Shown here: positions 51,601 to 62,103 of the stretch, in pieces
Numbering within the stretch: position 1 is the first letter of the stretch
Layout: each line of letters begins with the position of its first letter
Assembly (NCBI GenBank): GCA_963788655.1
Contig: CAWBHS010000062.1
Location: 128,001 to 192,000 of the forward strand
DNA: 64,000 bases
Reading direction: 5' to 3'
Source of the DNA: an uncultured Verrucomicrobiae bacterium
GTDB lineage: Bacteria; Verrucomicrobiota; Verrucomicrobiia; Limisphaerales; JAFGQR01
Notes under the pieces: generated by a model
Database searches by the model: none
What the model saw: only the letters and a program-made list of their open reading frames with translations
What the model was told of the DNA's origin: nothing
Program-made: the position numbers and the translations under genes

Positions 51601-52302
51601 AATCCCAGCACACCGCTGGTGACGCTCTTCATCAATGAATGGCTGGCCGCCAACCTCGGCATTGTGCTCGATCCGGCGGACCAGGACTCCGATGATTGGT
51701 TCGAGATTTACAATCCCAACGATCAGACCGTGGATTTGGCGGGCTACACCTTGACGGACAATCCCGGCAGTCCGACGAAGTATGTGATTCCCGGCGGCTT
51801 TGAAATTGCGCCGCACGGTTTCTTACTGGTCTGGGCGGATGAAGAAGGCAGTCAAACCAGTCCGCTTGGCCGGCTCCACGTCAACTTCCGGCTGAGTGCC
51901 TCCGGGGAAAGCATTTCGCTTTACGCACCGGACGGCCGGTTGGTCGATGCGGTGACGTTCGGAACGCAAACGGACAACGTGAGCCAGGGCCGTTTCCCGG
52001 ATGGCAGTCCGACCATTGAGTCAGCATTGACCAGCCCGACGCCAGGCGGGCCAAACCTCCTGACCACGCCGCCTCCGGAGGTCAGTATCCTGGAGGTTGA
52101 ATACAACGGCGGCGGACTCACGTTGACCTGGGCTGCCCAAGCGGGCCGGACCTACCGCGTGCAATACAAGTCCGACCTGGCCTCGCCGGATTGGATCGAT
52201 TTACCCGGAGACATCAATGCGTCGGTTGAAACTGCTTCGAAGACGGATCCCGCGACTGAAGGGGATGCGCAACGCTTCTATCGGGTGGTCTTGCTCGAGT
52301 AA
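45607..52302 (+). CDS. large secreted lamin-tail-domain/CotH kinase family protein
   Basis: GAGGAG RBS, signal peptide, Ig domain (YQW..NG...DAGDY.V.V.N), about six INE.....[ED][FW][IV]E.YN lamin-tail modules, CotH motifs GDLYK, KNTYLY, WDFD; C-terminal KSDL..W...RFYRV. Confidence 0.88.
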   Translation: MKKSKRILRSLPWFSLILFLGAGGVNAEPIPGLFNTGVNDSGVLLSGGAVDAHWQLMQSADGSYPGPNAYVVNDGWPIQSGVWMLNGPDSKWISARADQNQQVNSAYGNQPGDYVFRITCDLTGLEPSTAVITGQWSSDNAGIDVRLNGVSTGINSDGNFGAWTPMFTIDSGFQEGVNVLDFVVNNAGTAVNPLGFRAELSGTADPGAPPGTPPSILQHPESVEAGQGSAVSFNVRVYGSRPFSYQWRLNGNPISGANSSTLTVPSVGAADAGDYDVVVTNEFGADTSDVAMLSLVYLSPAQLTYEPLGPSSRRTGLVFSEIMYHPANRADGRNVEFIEIYNSNPFFEDLSGYRLSGEVDYTFPVGTRIEGLSYLVVAPAPQDVQATYGIGGVVGGFTNRLANSGGTLRLQKKSDAIVLDLAYSDQPPWPVAADGTGHSMVLARPSYGERNPKAWEASALVGGSPGAPDPVPSGPLENLVINEILAHTDLPLVDYVELYNHSPLAVNVGGCWLSDNRDTNKFQIPPDTMLPPRGFLHYDEMELGFGLSADGETVYLWSPDQQRVLDVLRFDGQANAIAFGRYPDGAEGFQELTERTPGEPNAPILIRDVEINEIMYHPISQDNDDEFVELYNRGENPVDVGGWRFMDGIDYAFPPGTSIAADGYLVVARNASRLLTNYPGLDPLIVFGDYGGSLSDAGERIRLGMPDSILETNLANGTILTNYFFVVVDEVTYADGGQWGEWADGGGSSLELIDPRSDNRLPTNWRDSDETGKAPWTLVEHTGVLDNGSGTASPELQIHLQAAGEALVDDVEVFTEGGANRIANGTFESGPSGWFFQGNQRHTSLETSEGYHSAQSLHVRATDRGDTINRVRAPFTSAFTAGPTGTIRAQVRWLRGLPEILLRMKENYLEAVGRLEVPANLGTPGAANSMAVANAGPAITAVTHRPALPAANQPIRVLARVRDTDGVGSVVVRYRIDPSTTLTEIPMMDDGSEGDLVAGDGIYAAVIPAQPNSTLVAFRVEAADAADIPAGSQFPADAPERECLVRFGEFVPAGSLGSYRLWMTRATFDFWTSREKMSNEALDTTFVYGNYRVIYNTGSYFAGSAWSSPGYTTPSGVLCGYDVLYPDDEPFLGDNHVILDWPNRDSTFLREHTMYWLLDQAGLPNLYRRNIHLFVNGARRGTLYNDAQQPGGDIIEEWFPNHAEGDLYKTSFYFEFNDAGVRQGGTPNTLEQFLTTGGEKKTARYRWCWKPRTIHGSANDFAPLFELVDALNSPAGSYLPAVEHVVDVENWMRTFAGNDLASYWDAFGNPNYKNTYLYKPKGAGWKLICWDFDVGLGTGNGGGQYQERYDAALFDTANEQAIARMNNTPSIVRHYWAALDEAVHSFFQPSAVQEFLANRYAAYQAEGISTDSPFVPTGQVPSGEPQRSIPDWITVRRNFILGELAKVDAAFAVNGPTELTVDTNLITLGGSAPVAVKTITVNSTAYPVTWTTVSNWTVRVVLAAGENNLTIEGMDRLGNPVVGASATLSATFTGADVSPVDVVVINEIMYNPLVPGSSFIELYNTSTTHSFDLSGWRLNGLDYTFPVGSVITNGQYLVLAKNTIALVNSLGNTVAVFDEFNGTLANDGETLTLSMPGSIPGEEIVVDRVTYDNLPPWPSAANGQGPSIQLIDPLQDNNRASNWSDGQGWRFFSFTRTSGFQTSSRLSFFFNNEIGDVYLDDVALVEGDVPGAGTNLLTNPGFEDGFDSWGIGYVATNSVLVTNDAHSGQNSAHVIFNPAGGGTPVLTAFYQDIPDVTQYTTYTLSFWYKTGAPGHSFRARLNSTFYPTLPMEVMQATPGAANIGTATLPAYPLLWLSEVQPNNQNTAWDNAGEADPWIEIHNGSAAPISLDGMVLSDQLTDPAAWAFPAGAELQPNEYRVIWADGSPAQSDAVNWHANFRLNPTNGTVYLSRMLSGSPQILDYLHYFGAEADQSFGAYPPNQNSYREWFYYPTPGDTNNPSTPLVTLFINEWLAANLGIVLDPADQDSDDWFEIYNPNDQTVDLAGYTLTDNPGSPTKYVIPGGFEIAPHGFLLVWADEEGSQTSPLGRLHVNFRLSASGESISLYAPDGRLVDAVTFGTQTDNVSQGRFPDGSPTIESALTSPTPGGPNLLTTPPPEVSILEVEYNGGGLTLTWAAQAGRTYRVQYKSDLASPDWIDLPGDINASVETASKTDPATEGDAQRFYRVVLLE

Positions 52303-52319
52303 CGCGCAACCGGCCTCGC

Positions 52320-52562
52320 CAACGTTCTGCCAGCATCCTGCCGGCGGATCGAACTGAGCCCTGCGCCGCGAATAAAGCCAGTAGTCCGAACGCATCCAGG
52401 GCATTCGTTTCTGTCGGCGAGATGCCGACCGCACGCTGCCTCAACGTGCTGCCGGCATCTTGCCGGCAGATCGAACGGAGGAAAGGGCAACGAATGGTCT
52501 TTGAAGGTTCGGGCGCACTGCGCGCATCCGATTCTGTAAGTGAGACGCCGGCAGTCCCAATG
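52320..52562. repeat. cluster of family D REP-like repeats
   Basis: CAACGTTCTGCCAGCATCCTGCCGGCGGA, TTCTGTCGGCGAGATGCCGACCGCACG, CAACGTGCTGCCGGCATCTTGCCGGCAGA and a decayed fourth arm. Confidence 0.8.
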
Positions 52563-52783
52563 TCGTATTTCATCAACCGGCAGAACATCGTTGATTTACA
52601 GTGCTCCCGGCCTAAGCTTCCCACCGTTGGTATCGTCGCTATTCGACGAGCACCCTCGAAGTGTTTTATCTCCATGAAAACAATTTTAGCAACAGGATCG
52701 CCAGTATCTGGCCGTGCCACTGGCGACCTTGGTTGCGGCTCTGCCACGCCTTGACCCATTTCCGTTGATCCAAAGACCGCGCC

Positions 52784-55281
52784 ATGTCCGCCGCTACTGA
52801 TCCAATCCGATTACGCTTGATTGTGCGCGGCGCTGTGCAAGGCGTGGGATTTCGTCCATTCGTTTATCGACTGGCCGAGCGAACTCGGTCTGGCGGGGTG
52901 GGTGAACAATTCGACGCAGGGCGTGTTCATCGAAGTGGAAGGGCTCACGCCCTAAATTGGAAGCCTTTCTAATTCGGCTCGGCGCGGAAAAGCCGCCGCG
53001 CAGTTTCATCCAAAGCCAGGAGGCCACGTGGCTGGATCCGGTGGGTTATGATCGCTTCGAAATCCGCGCCAGCGATCCGGGCGGCGCGAAGACTGCACTC
53101 GTGTTGCCGGACATTGCCACGTGCCCGGATTGCCTGCGGGAAGTTTTCGATCCATCCAATCGCCGCTATGGTTATCCCTTTACCAACTGCACCAATTGCG
53201 GTCCCCGGTTCACTCTCATCGAAAGCCTGCCTTATGACCGGCCCAATACGTCGATGAAACGCTTCATGATGTGCCCGCAATGCCAGGCCGAATACGACGA
53301 TCCCGCCGACCGGCGTTTTCATGCGCAGCCGAACGCCTGCCCCATTTGCGGTCCGCACCTGGAACTCTGGGATGCAGAAGGCAGGCCTTTGATCGATGGC
53401 AGCCACAGACGCGAAGTATTGCCGGTTGCGGCGGCGGCCATTCGGGAGGGTCGGATCGTGGCGGTGAAAGGACTGGGCGGCTTCCATCTCATGGTGGCGG
53501 CGCACGACGAGGCCGCGGTCCAACGGCTGCGCCAGCGCAAGCATCGGGAAGAAAAGCCGCTGGCTTTGATGTTTCCGGCGTTGGAAGTGGTCCAGACGAT
53601 CTGCGAAGTGTCCCCGTTGGAAGAACGGTTGTTGCAGTCACCAGAATCCCCGATTGTCCTCTTGCACCGACGATCAGCCGCCCTCGCCAGCAACGCTGAC
53701 TTCGAAAATGTGCTGCTGGCGTCTCGCCGGCAGAAACGAGTGTCGTGGTTGCGCTCGCACGGTCAGCCCCAATCCGAACGCGCTCGAGACGTTCGCTCTG
53801 CCGGCAGGATGCCGGCAGCACGTTTTGAGGGCCATCGGCACTCTCACGAGCCGCCGCTACATTACATCATCGCGCCCTCGGTAGCGCCCGCCAATCCGTA
53901 TCTCGGGGTGATGCTGCCGTACACGCCGCTGCATCATCTGCTGTTGGCCGAACTGGGCTTCCCCGTCGTGGCCACCAGCGGCAATCTGAGCGACGAACCC
54001 ATTTGCACGGATGAACACGAGGCCGTCACCCGCTTGCGCGGCATCGCGGATTTGTTCCTGGTCCACAATCGCCCCATCGTGCGGCACGTGGACGATTCGA
54101 TTGTGCGGATTATGTTGGGGCGCGAAATGGTTCTGCGCCGCGCCCGCGGATACGCGCCGTTGCCCGTCCCGGTGCCGCCCACCAACCGAACGGCGGGCCC
54201 ACCAACACCACCCAGTGTTCTCGCCGTCGGAGCGCACCTCAAGAACACCGTCGCCCTCTCCGTCGGGCCGCAAATCTTCCTCAGCCAGCACATCGGCGAT
54301 CTGGAAACGGAACAAGCCTTCGACGCCTTCCGCCGGGTGATCGATGATTTCCAACGGCTTTACGAAGCTCGACCCGCACTGGTCGTTGCGGACGCGCATC
54401 CCGATTACCTTTCGACGCAATACGCGCGCGAAACAGACTTGCCGATCTTGTCCGTGCAGCACCACTTGGCGCACGTGTTTTCGTGCCTGGGCGAAAACGG
54501 TCTGACGCCGCCAGTCTTCGGCGTTTCCTGGGATGGCACCGGTTACGGATTGGACGGCACGATTTGGGGCGGAGAATTTTTTTGCGTCACCCGGGACGCA
54601 TGGCAACGCGTAGGCCATTTTCGAACATTTCCATTGCCCGGCGGCGACCAAGCGGTAAAAGAACCGCGTCGCACCGCTCTGGGACTTTTGTTTGCGCTGG
54701 AAGGCGACGCCGCCTTCGACCGACGGTCAGCGCCGGTATCGGCTTTCAGCGAGGCAGAATTGCGTCCGCTGCGGCGCATGCTGGCCAACCATCTGAACGC
54801 GCCGCTGACCTCCAGTGTGGGCCGGCTGTTTGACGCGGTCGCGGCATTGTGCGGTTTGCGGCAGCGGGTCCAGTTCGAAGGCCAAGCGGCGATGGAACTG
54901 GAATTTGCGCTGACCGGCTGCGATACCAATGAATCGTACTCATTCGAGTTTACTGCGGAAGACTCCGCGCCGTGGGTGTTGGATTGGGCGCGGTTGATCC
55001 AGGCGATATTGGCGGACATTGCCCAAGAGACACCGACCGGCATCATTGCCGCTCGTTTCCACAATTCCTTGGCGGAGATCATCGTCCACGCCGCACGCCG
55101 GTCGGGCGAAAGTCGTGTCGTGCTCACGGGGGGCTGTTTCCAGAACCGTTACCTGACCGAACGCGCGGTGGAACGGCTTGCGGCGGAAGGATTCAAGCCG
55201 TATTGGCATCAGCGCGTGCCGCCCAACGACGGCGGGATTGCTTTGGGACAAGTCCTTGCAGCCTGGCACGAGAAGGGTTAG
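52784..55281 (+). CDS. hypF: carbamoyltransferase HypF (frameshifts near 52878 and 52945; internal in-frame repeat insertion)
   Basis: GAVQGVGFRPFVY, CPDC, FTNCTNCGPRF, RRFHAQPNACPICGP, KGLGGFHL, SQHIGDL, QHH.AH, DGTGYG, PPNDGGIALGQ. Confidence 0.96.
53705..53827. repeat. family D inverted doublet inside hypF
   Basis: AATGTGCTGCTGGCGTCTCGCCGGCAGAAACGA ... CTGCCGGCAGGATGCCGGCAGCACGTTT, nearly identical to arms at 39850 and 40310. Confidence 0.9.
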
Positions 55282-55292
55282 ATAAGAGCGCA

Positions 55293-55643
55293 ATGTGTCT
55301 CGCAGTACCAGGTAAAATCGAAAGCATCGAAGCCGAAGGCCCGCTCGGACCCAGCGGCAAGGTCAATTTCGGCGGCATCCTCAAGGAGGTGTGCCTCGCC
55401 TACGTGCCGGAAGCCCAGGTGGGCGATTACGTGATTGTCCACGTGGGCTTCGCCCTCAGCCTACTCGACGAGGAAGAAGCCAACAAAACGCTCGAATACT
55501 TCCGCGAGATGGGAGAATTGGCGGAGTTGGAAGAGAGCGGTGCGGCTTTCGCCCCAAACGATGACCGGGCCGGCACGGCACCCGCGGTCGATTCAAGCAA
55601 CCGCGATTCGATTTCCCTCCCGCATCGTTCCGGCTCGACATGA
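55293..55643 (+). CDS. hypC: hydrogenase maturation chaperone HypC
   Basis: [27 protein letters not shown]; ~35-aa low-complexity tail; ATGA overlap with hypD. Confidence 0.96.
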   Translation: MCLAVPGKIESIEAEGPLGPSGKVNFGGILKEVCLAYVPEAQVGDYVIVHVGFALSLLDEEEANKTLEYFREMGELAELEESGAAFAPNDDRAGTAPAVDSSNRDSISLPHRSGST

Positions 55644-56744
55644 AATACCTCGACGAATACCGCGATGGCGACGCGGCCCGGAGGCTGGCCCAGGAGATCC
55701 ATCGGCGCACCACGCGACCGTGGAGCATCATGGAAGTGTGCGGTGGCCAGACGCACTCGATCGTGAAATTCGGCATCGACGAACTGTTGCCGAAGCAGAT
55801 CACGCTCATCCACGGTCCCGGTTGCCCGGTGTGCGTGACGCCGCTGGAGATCATTGACAAGGCGCTGGAAATCGCCGCCCGGCCCGACGTGATCTTTTGT
55901 TCGTTTGGCGATATGCTTCGCGTGCCGGGCAGCACGACCGATTTGCTGTCGGTAAAGGCCACCGGCAGCGACGTGCGGATTGTCTATTCACCGTTGGATA
56001 CGGTGAAGATTGCCGAACAAAATCCCGGCAAGGAAGTGGTGTTCTTTGGCGTGGGTTTCGAAACCACCGCACCCGCCACGGCCATGGTGGTTTTCCAGGC
56101 GGCCAAGAAGGGATTGAAGAATTTTTCGCTGCTCGTTTCGCATGTGCTGGTGCCGCCGGCGATGGAGGCCATTCTGTCATCGCCCAATTGCCGGGTGCAG
56201 GGTTTCCTGGCCGCCGGGCACGTTTGCACGGTGATGGGGTATTGGGAGTATTTTCCGATTGCGAAGCAATACCGCGTGCCCATCGTGGTCACCGGGTTTG
56301 AGCCGCTGGACATTCTCCAAGGCATCCTGATGTGCGTCCGGCAACTGGAGGAAGGCCGCGCCGAAGTGGAAAACGCCTACACGCCGCTCGGTGTGCCAGG
56401 AAGGTAATTCGCCCGCCCAGCAACTGATCCAACAGGTCTTCCAGGTGGTGCCGCGCAAATGGCGGGGCGTGGGCGAAATTCCCCGGAGCGGTATGGGCTT
56501 GCATCCCGATTACGCCGCGTTCGACGCGGAGACGAAGTTTGGCGTGGCGGATCATCATGTCGATGAACCCGCCGAATGTCTCAGCGGGCTGGTGCTGCAA
56601 GGCCAGATCAAACCGCACGAATGTCCGGCCTTTGGCACGCGCTGCACCCCGGAACATCCGCTCGGGGCCACCATGGTGTCGTCCGAAGGCGCGTGCGCGG
56701 CTTACTATTTGTACCGCCGCCACGAGCAGCCGGCCGCAGTCTGA
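55640..56744 (+). CDS. hypD: hydrogenase maturation protein HypD (frameshift near 56385)
   Basis: [51 protein letters not shown]. Confidence 0.96.
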
Positions 56745-56760
56745 TTTCCAGACCCGATTC

Positions 56761-57813
56761 ATGGAAAACCCACCCGACTTTGCCGCCTGCCCGCTGCCGC
56801 TGCAGCAATATCCCAACGTCCTGATGGCCCATGGCGGCGGCGGCAAGCTGATGCACCAGTTGTTGCAGCAGGTGTTCATGACGGCGTTTGCCAATCCCAC
56901 GCTGAACGTGCAGCACGATTCATCGGTGCTCGCGGTGCCCGGCTCACGGCTGGCCTTTACCACGGATTCCTACGTGGTGCGGCCCATTGTGTTCCCGGCG
57001 GCGACATTGGTTCGATGGCGGTTCACGGCACGGTGAATGACCTGGCGATGAGCGGGGCGCGGCCGCTTTACTTGAGCGCGGGCTTCATCATCGAGGAAGG
57101 ACTGCCCATGGAGACGCTGTGGAAGTTGGTTCGCTCGATGCAAGACGCCGCGCAGCGATGCGGCGTGCAGATCGTCACGGGCGACACCAAGGTCGTGGAC
57201 AAGGGCAAGGGCGACGGGCTGTTCATCAACACCGCCGGCATTGGGGTTGTTGAACATGAGTTGAGTATTTGCCCCACAAGCGTGAAGCCGGGCGATGTGC
57301 TCTTGGTGAATGGCGACTTGGGCCGTCACGGCATGGCGATCATGGCGGTGCGGGAAGGGTTGGAATTTGAAAGCGCCATCGAGAGTGATTCCGCGTCCGT
57401 GGCGGACGTGGTGCTTGCGCTGCTCAAGGATGGCATTGAAGTGCATTGCCTGCGCGACCTGACCCGGGGCGGTCTGGCCAGTGCCCTCAACGAAATTGCC
57501 CCCGCGGCCAAGGTGCGGATTCAAATCGAGGAAAAGCTCGTGCCCGTCCGGGAAGATGTGCGGTCCGCATGCGAAATCCTGGGGCTGGATCCGCTGCACG
57601 TGGCTTGCGAAGGACGGTTTGTGGCGTTCGTGAGCGCCAAAGACGCCGATCGCGCGCTGGCTTTAATGCAGTCGCACGACAGCGGCAAAGGAGCGGCGCA
57701 TCATTGGCAAGGTTGCGGAAGGAGTGTCGCCAATGGTGGTCCTCAAAAGCACCATTGGAGCGACACGCATTCTCGACATGCCCAGCGGCGAGCAGTTGCC
57801 GCGGATTTGTTAA
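56761..57813 (+). CDS. hypE: carbamoyl dehydratase HypE (frameshifts near 56995 and 57700)
   Basis: [36 protein letters not shown]-terminal GEQLPRIC. Confidence 0.95.
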
Positions 57814-57913
57814 GAGAGAAGGGAATTGGTTGAGAACGCCAAGCATCGATCGAGAGCGGGGCCAGCTCCGCACACTTCAAACGCCGGCGCGCCTCTCGGA
57901 ATTCACACGAAAC

Positions 57914-58378
57914 ATGTCGGACTCATTCATCCAGCGCGGCGGCCTTTGGGTCATCGGCCAAAGCATTCTCATGTTCGCGGTGATCGCGCTCGGCGTGGCG
58001 TATCCGGGTGATTGGACGCAATGGGCGATGGTTGTTCCCGGGGCCACATTATTTACCCTGGGCGGCGTTGTAGGTGTGGCCGGCGTGTGGGTTCTGGGCG
58101 GGAATCGCACACCCTTCCCCGCGCCGAGGCCGCAGTCGCAATTGGTGCAGCGGGGCATTTACTCGCTGATTCGACATCCGCTTTACACCAGCGTGATGCT
58201 GAGTTCCCTGGGATGGGCGCTGCTGTGGCAATGCTGGGCCGCGGTGGCCGCTGCGCTCGTCTTGATCCCGTTTTTCGACGCCAAAGCGCGCCACGAAGAG
58301 CGCCGGTTAAGGAACACGTTTCCCGAGTACACCGAATACCAACGGCGGGTCCGGCGGTTCATCCCTTGGATTTATTGA
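57914..58378 (+). CDS. isoprenylcysteine carboxylmethyltransferase/PEMT family membrane protein
   Basis: LV..GIY..IRHPLY, EE..L...FPEY.EY..RV.RFIP. Confidence 0.9.
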   Translation: MSDSFIQRGGLWVIGQSILMFAVIALGVAYPGDWTQWAMVVPGATLFTLGGVVGVAGVWVLGGNRTPFPAPRPQSQLVQRGIYSLIRHPLYTSVMLSSLGWALLWQCWAAVAAALVLIPFFDAKARHEERRLRNTFPEYTEYQRRVRRFIPWIY

Positions 58379-58499
58379 TTTTGGGTCGTCGATCATTGGC
58401 AACTTGCAACCTTGCCATCCAATTTTCTTTTGGAGATGCAAATGTCGGCTTTTTTGTTGACCCCATTGTCATCTTTGTCTAAGCCTATACAAGTAGTTT

Positions 58500-58913
58500 A
58501 TGTGGAATTCTGACAACGCGTTGTTTGGCGATTTGATTTATCTGTTCGCTTTTTGTTTGGGCGGCTTGGTGTTTGCCATCGGCCCGATCGTACTGGCGAA
58601 CCTGCTCGCCGCGCGCAAAACCCGCAACTATGCGGGCAAGACCGGGCAGTTCATCGAATGCGGCATCGAGCCCATCGGTGACGCCTGGATTCGCTACAGC
58701 GCCGTGTATTACCTGTACGCCCTGGTGTTTGTGGCGTTCGCGGTGGACGTGTTGTTTCTCATTCCCGTGGCGCTGGTTTATGACAAAGTGTTCGCCATCA
58801 GGGATTTCGTGGAGCTGCTAATTTTCGTTGGCATACTTTCGCTGGTGATTGTGTATGCCTGGAAGAAAGGAATTTTTGAATGGAACCGCAAGAAGAGTGT
58901 TCCCAAATCGTAA
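58500..58913 (+). CDS. nuoA: NADH-quinone oxidoreductase-like subunit A
   Basis: ECGIEP.G, YYLYAL.FVAF.VD, YAWKKG.FEW. Confidence 0.93.
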   Translation: MWNSDNALFGDLIYLFAFCLGGLVFAIGPIVLANLLAARKTRNYAGKTGQFIECGIEPIGDAWIRYSAVYYLYALVFVAFAVDVLFLIPVALVYDKVFAIRDFVELLIFVGILSLVIVYAWKKGIFEWNRKKSVPKS

Positions 58914-59377
58914 AGTTTGCCAAGTTGGATGAGTTACTCGCGCTCGGGCGGGCCAATTCCCTTTGGCCACTGACGTTCGGGTTGGCCTGCTGCGCCATCG
59001 AGATGATGGCGGCCGGCGCTTCACGGTTCGACCTTTCGCGGTTCGGCGCCGAAGTCTTCCGGCCTTCCCCGCGTCAGGCGGACGTGATGATCGTGGCCGG
59101 CACGATTAACAAGAAGATGGCCCCGGCCGTGAAAACGCTTTACGACCAGATGCCCGAACCAAAATGGGTGATTGCGATGGGCAATTGCGCCATCTCGGGC
59201 GGTCCCTTTCTTTTTCCCGGCCAGTATTCGGTGGTCGAAGGCGTCGAGAAACTTTTTCCGGTGGATGTCTTTATTCCCGGGTGCCCGCCGCGCCCGGAGG
59301 CCCTGATTGAAGGCATTTTGGAACTGGAAGAAAAAATCACCGGCAAACGCCGCTGGCCCCGCGTCACCCCGAAATGA
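58880..59377 (+). CDS. nuoB: subunit B
   Basis: [45 protein letters not shown]. Confidence 0.96.
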   Translation: MEPQEECSQIVKFAKLDELLALGRANSLWPLTFGLACCAIEMMAAGASRFDLSRFGAEVFRPSPRQADVMIVAGTINKKMAPAVKTLYDQMPEPKWVIAMGNCAISGGPFLFPGQYSVVEGVEKLFPVDVFIPGCPPRPEALIEGILELEEKITGKRRWPRVTPK

Positions 59378-59977
59378 TCCCTTCGCTCCAGGAACTTCAC
59401 GATCAATTCTCGCAACGGTTCGCGCCGGCTCCTGCTCCGGCGCCGGAACAGTCGGCGGGCGAACCCGTGTCTCCACCGGCAACGGCTCCAACGACTGAGG
59501 GCGCTCCGGCTACAGAATCAGCAGCCGCAACCGAATCCGGCTCCGCCGCCCGATACTCGCTGCGCCCGCGGCCACCTCCCAGCCCCGTCCAGTTGGTGGA
59601 CTTTGCGGCCAAAGGCTATCATCTCGACGTGACGGTTTCCCCGTCGGAAGTCGTGGCTGCCGCCTGCGCTACTGGACCAGGAGGGTTTCGCCATCGACGC
59701 GGTGACCGGCGTGGACTGGATCGCGGAGGAACAAATGGAAGTGGTCTATGATTACTTCCACCCGCTGGCCAATTGCCGGGTGGTGGTGCGCACCCGCATT
59801 CCGCGGGGCAATCCGGAACTGCCCACCATTTCGGTGGTGTTCCCCGGCGCCAATTGGCACGAACGCGAGACGCACGATTTCTTCGGCATTCGTTTCTTGG
59901 GTCATCCGGATTTGAGTCCGTTCCTGCTGCCCGAGGACGCCGATTATCACCCGCTTAGGAAGGATTTTGCCGCGTGA
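59374..59977 (+). CDS. nuoC: subunit C (frameshift near 59665)
   Basis: [31 protein letters not shown]; Pro/Ala-rich N-terminus. Confidence 0.9.
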
Positions 59978-61111
59978 CCGATCCGCAATCCATTCCCCAT
60001 TCCCACGGCACTGGCACCGACGAGACATTCATCCTGAATTTGGGGCCGCAGCATCCCGCCACCCACGGCGTGTTGCGAGTCAAGCTGACGATGGACGGGG
60101 AATACATCACGCGCGCTGAGCCGGTGCCCGGTTACATTCACCGGATGCACGAGAAGATGGGGGAGAACCGCAAGTGGGCGCAGTTTCTGCCGAATACCAG
60201 CCGCATCGATTATCTCTCGGCGATGCACTACACCCACGCGTTCGTGGGCGCAGTGGAACGGCGGAATCGGTCTTGCGGTGCCGCCGCGGGCGGAATACAT
60301 CCGGGTCATTACCTCGGAGCTGAACCGCATTTCCAGCCACCTGGTGTGGTTCGGCGCCTTTCTGCTCGACCTCGGCGGATTTACGCCGTTGCTTTACGCG
60401 TTCGATGATCGTGAAAAGATCCTGGACCTACTGGAAGGCATCACCGGTTCGCGGCTGACCTATTGCTATTACCGGTTCGGCGGTTTGTGCAATGACATCG
60501 ACGACGATTTCATCCGCGGAACGCGCGAGTTTGTCGCGATGATGCGGCCCCGGCTGAAGCTGTATCGCGACCTGGTGACCGACAACATCATCTTGCGCAA
60601 ACGCCTGATCGAGATCGGCCCGATCAGCGCGGAAATGTGCCGCAAGTACGGCGCTACCGGTCCGGTCATTCGCGGTTCCGGGGTCGCTTACGATGTGCGG
60701 AAGGTCGAGCCGTATTCGGTTTATTCCGAGTTTGATTTTGAGATTCCCGTCTTCCCCGAAGGCGATTGCATGGCCCGTTATCTGGTGCGCATGGAAGAGA
60801 TCGCCCAAAGCCTGCGGATCATCGAGCAGGCCTTGGACAAATTGCCGGACGGCCCCATCATGGCCGACAAAGTGCCGCGGGTGCTGAAGCTGCCCGCCGG
60901 GGATTATTGTTACGCCGTGGAGGCGGCTCGCGGGCGATTTGCCGTGCGCGTGGTGAGCGACAACAAGGAAATCCCGTACCGGGTCCGCCTGCGTGCGCCG
61001 TCGTTCTCGAACCTTAGTCTGTACGAAGAAGCCAGCCAGGGGATGATGCTGCCCGACGCGCTCGCGCTGATGGGCAGCCTGGATTTGGTCATCCCGGATA
61101 TTGATCGCTGA
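59974..61111 (+). CDS. nuoD: subunit D (frameshift near 60262)
   Basis: NLGPQHPATHGVLR, GYIHR..EK, RIDY, ELNRISSHL, SLDLVIPDIDR. Confidence 0.94.
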
Positions 61112-61112
61112 T

Positions 61113-62103
61113 ATGACAATTCCCGAACCCTTTCGATTGCTGGCTTACCTCTTCGGCATCATGGCCTTCGTGGGCCTGAATGCCGCCTACCTGGTGTGGG
61201 TCGAGCGCAAGGGGGCCGGCCGGTTTCAGCGCCGCACGGGTCCTTCGGAAGTCGGCTACGCCGGGTTGCTTCAGCCCATCGCCGACGCAATCAAACTGCT
61301 CTCGAAGCAATTGCTGGTGCCGCCGGGGGTGGACCGCACGTTGTTCCGCGTGGCGCCCATCCTGATCATGGCGCCGGCGTTGATGAGCCTGGCGACCATT
61401 CCCTTCAGCGAAAACCTGGCCGCTCGGAACATCAACGTGGGCCTGGTGATGATCTTCGCCTTCGCGTCCATCAACGTCATGGCGATCATGCTGGGCGGTT
61501 GGTCGTCGCGGAACAAATACGCCATCATCTCCGCGGCGCGAGTAGTTTCGCAAAACGTCGCTTACGAAATTCCGATGCTGCTGGTCGTCATCACCATGTT
61601 GATGGTGACCCGCACGATGAACCTCCACGAAATCGTCGAACCAGCAGGCCGGCGGGTTTTGGCATTGGAACATTTTCAACCTGGCGGCCAATCCGCTCAT
61701 GCCGGTGACGTTCCTGATTTTCTACACCTGCATGCTGGCCGAGACGAACCGCGCGCCGTTCGACATGGCGGAGGCCGAAAGCGAACTGGTGGCCGGCGCT
61801 TACACCGAGTATTCCGGGATGGGCTTTGGCGTTTTCTTCATGGGCGAATACGCGAACATCGTCATCGGCTGCTGCGTGGCGACGGTGCTGTTCCTGGGCG
61901 GCTGGCAAAGCCCCATCGGCGTTCTGCCGGGTTTGTTCTGGTTTCTGTTGAAGCTGTATTTCCTGATTTTCTCGGTGATCTGGGTGCGCTGGACGTTTCC
62001 GCGAACGCAGTTTTACGGACTGCTCAACTTGTCCTGGAAAATCCTGATTCCGCTTTCGTTGTTCACCCTGGTGCTGTCCAGCGCGATGATTAAGATTTTT
62101 TGA
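61113..62103 (+). CDS. nuoH: subunit H (frameshift near 61640)
   Basis: ERK...Q.R.GP, GLLQPIADAIKL, AETNRAPFD.AEAESELV.G..TEYSG. Confidence 0.94.

Noticed and set aside
59974..61111. Group 4 [NiFe]-hydrogenase large subunit, suggested by nearby hyp genes
   Set aside because: Both CxxC metal-binding motifs are absent; motifs are NuoD-type.
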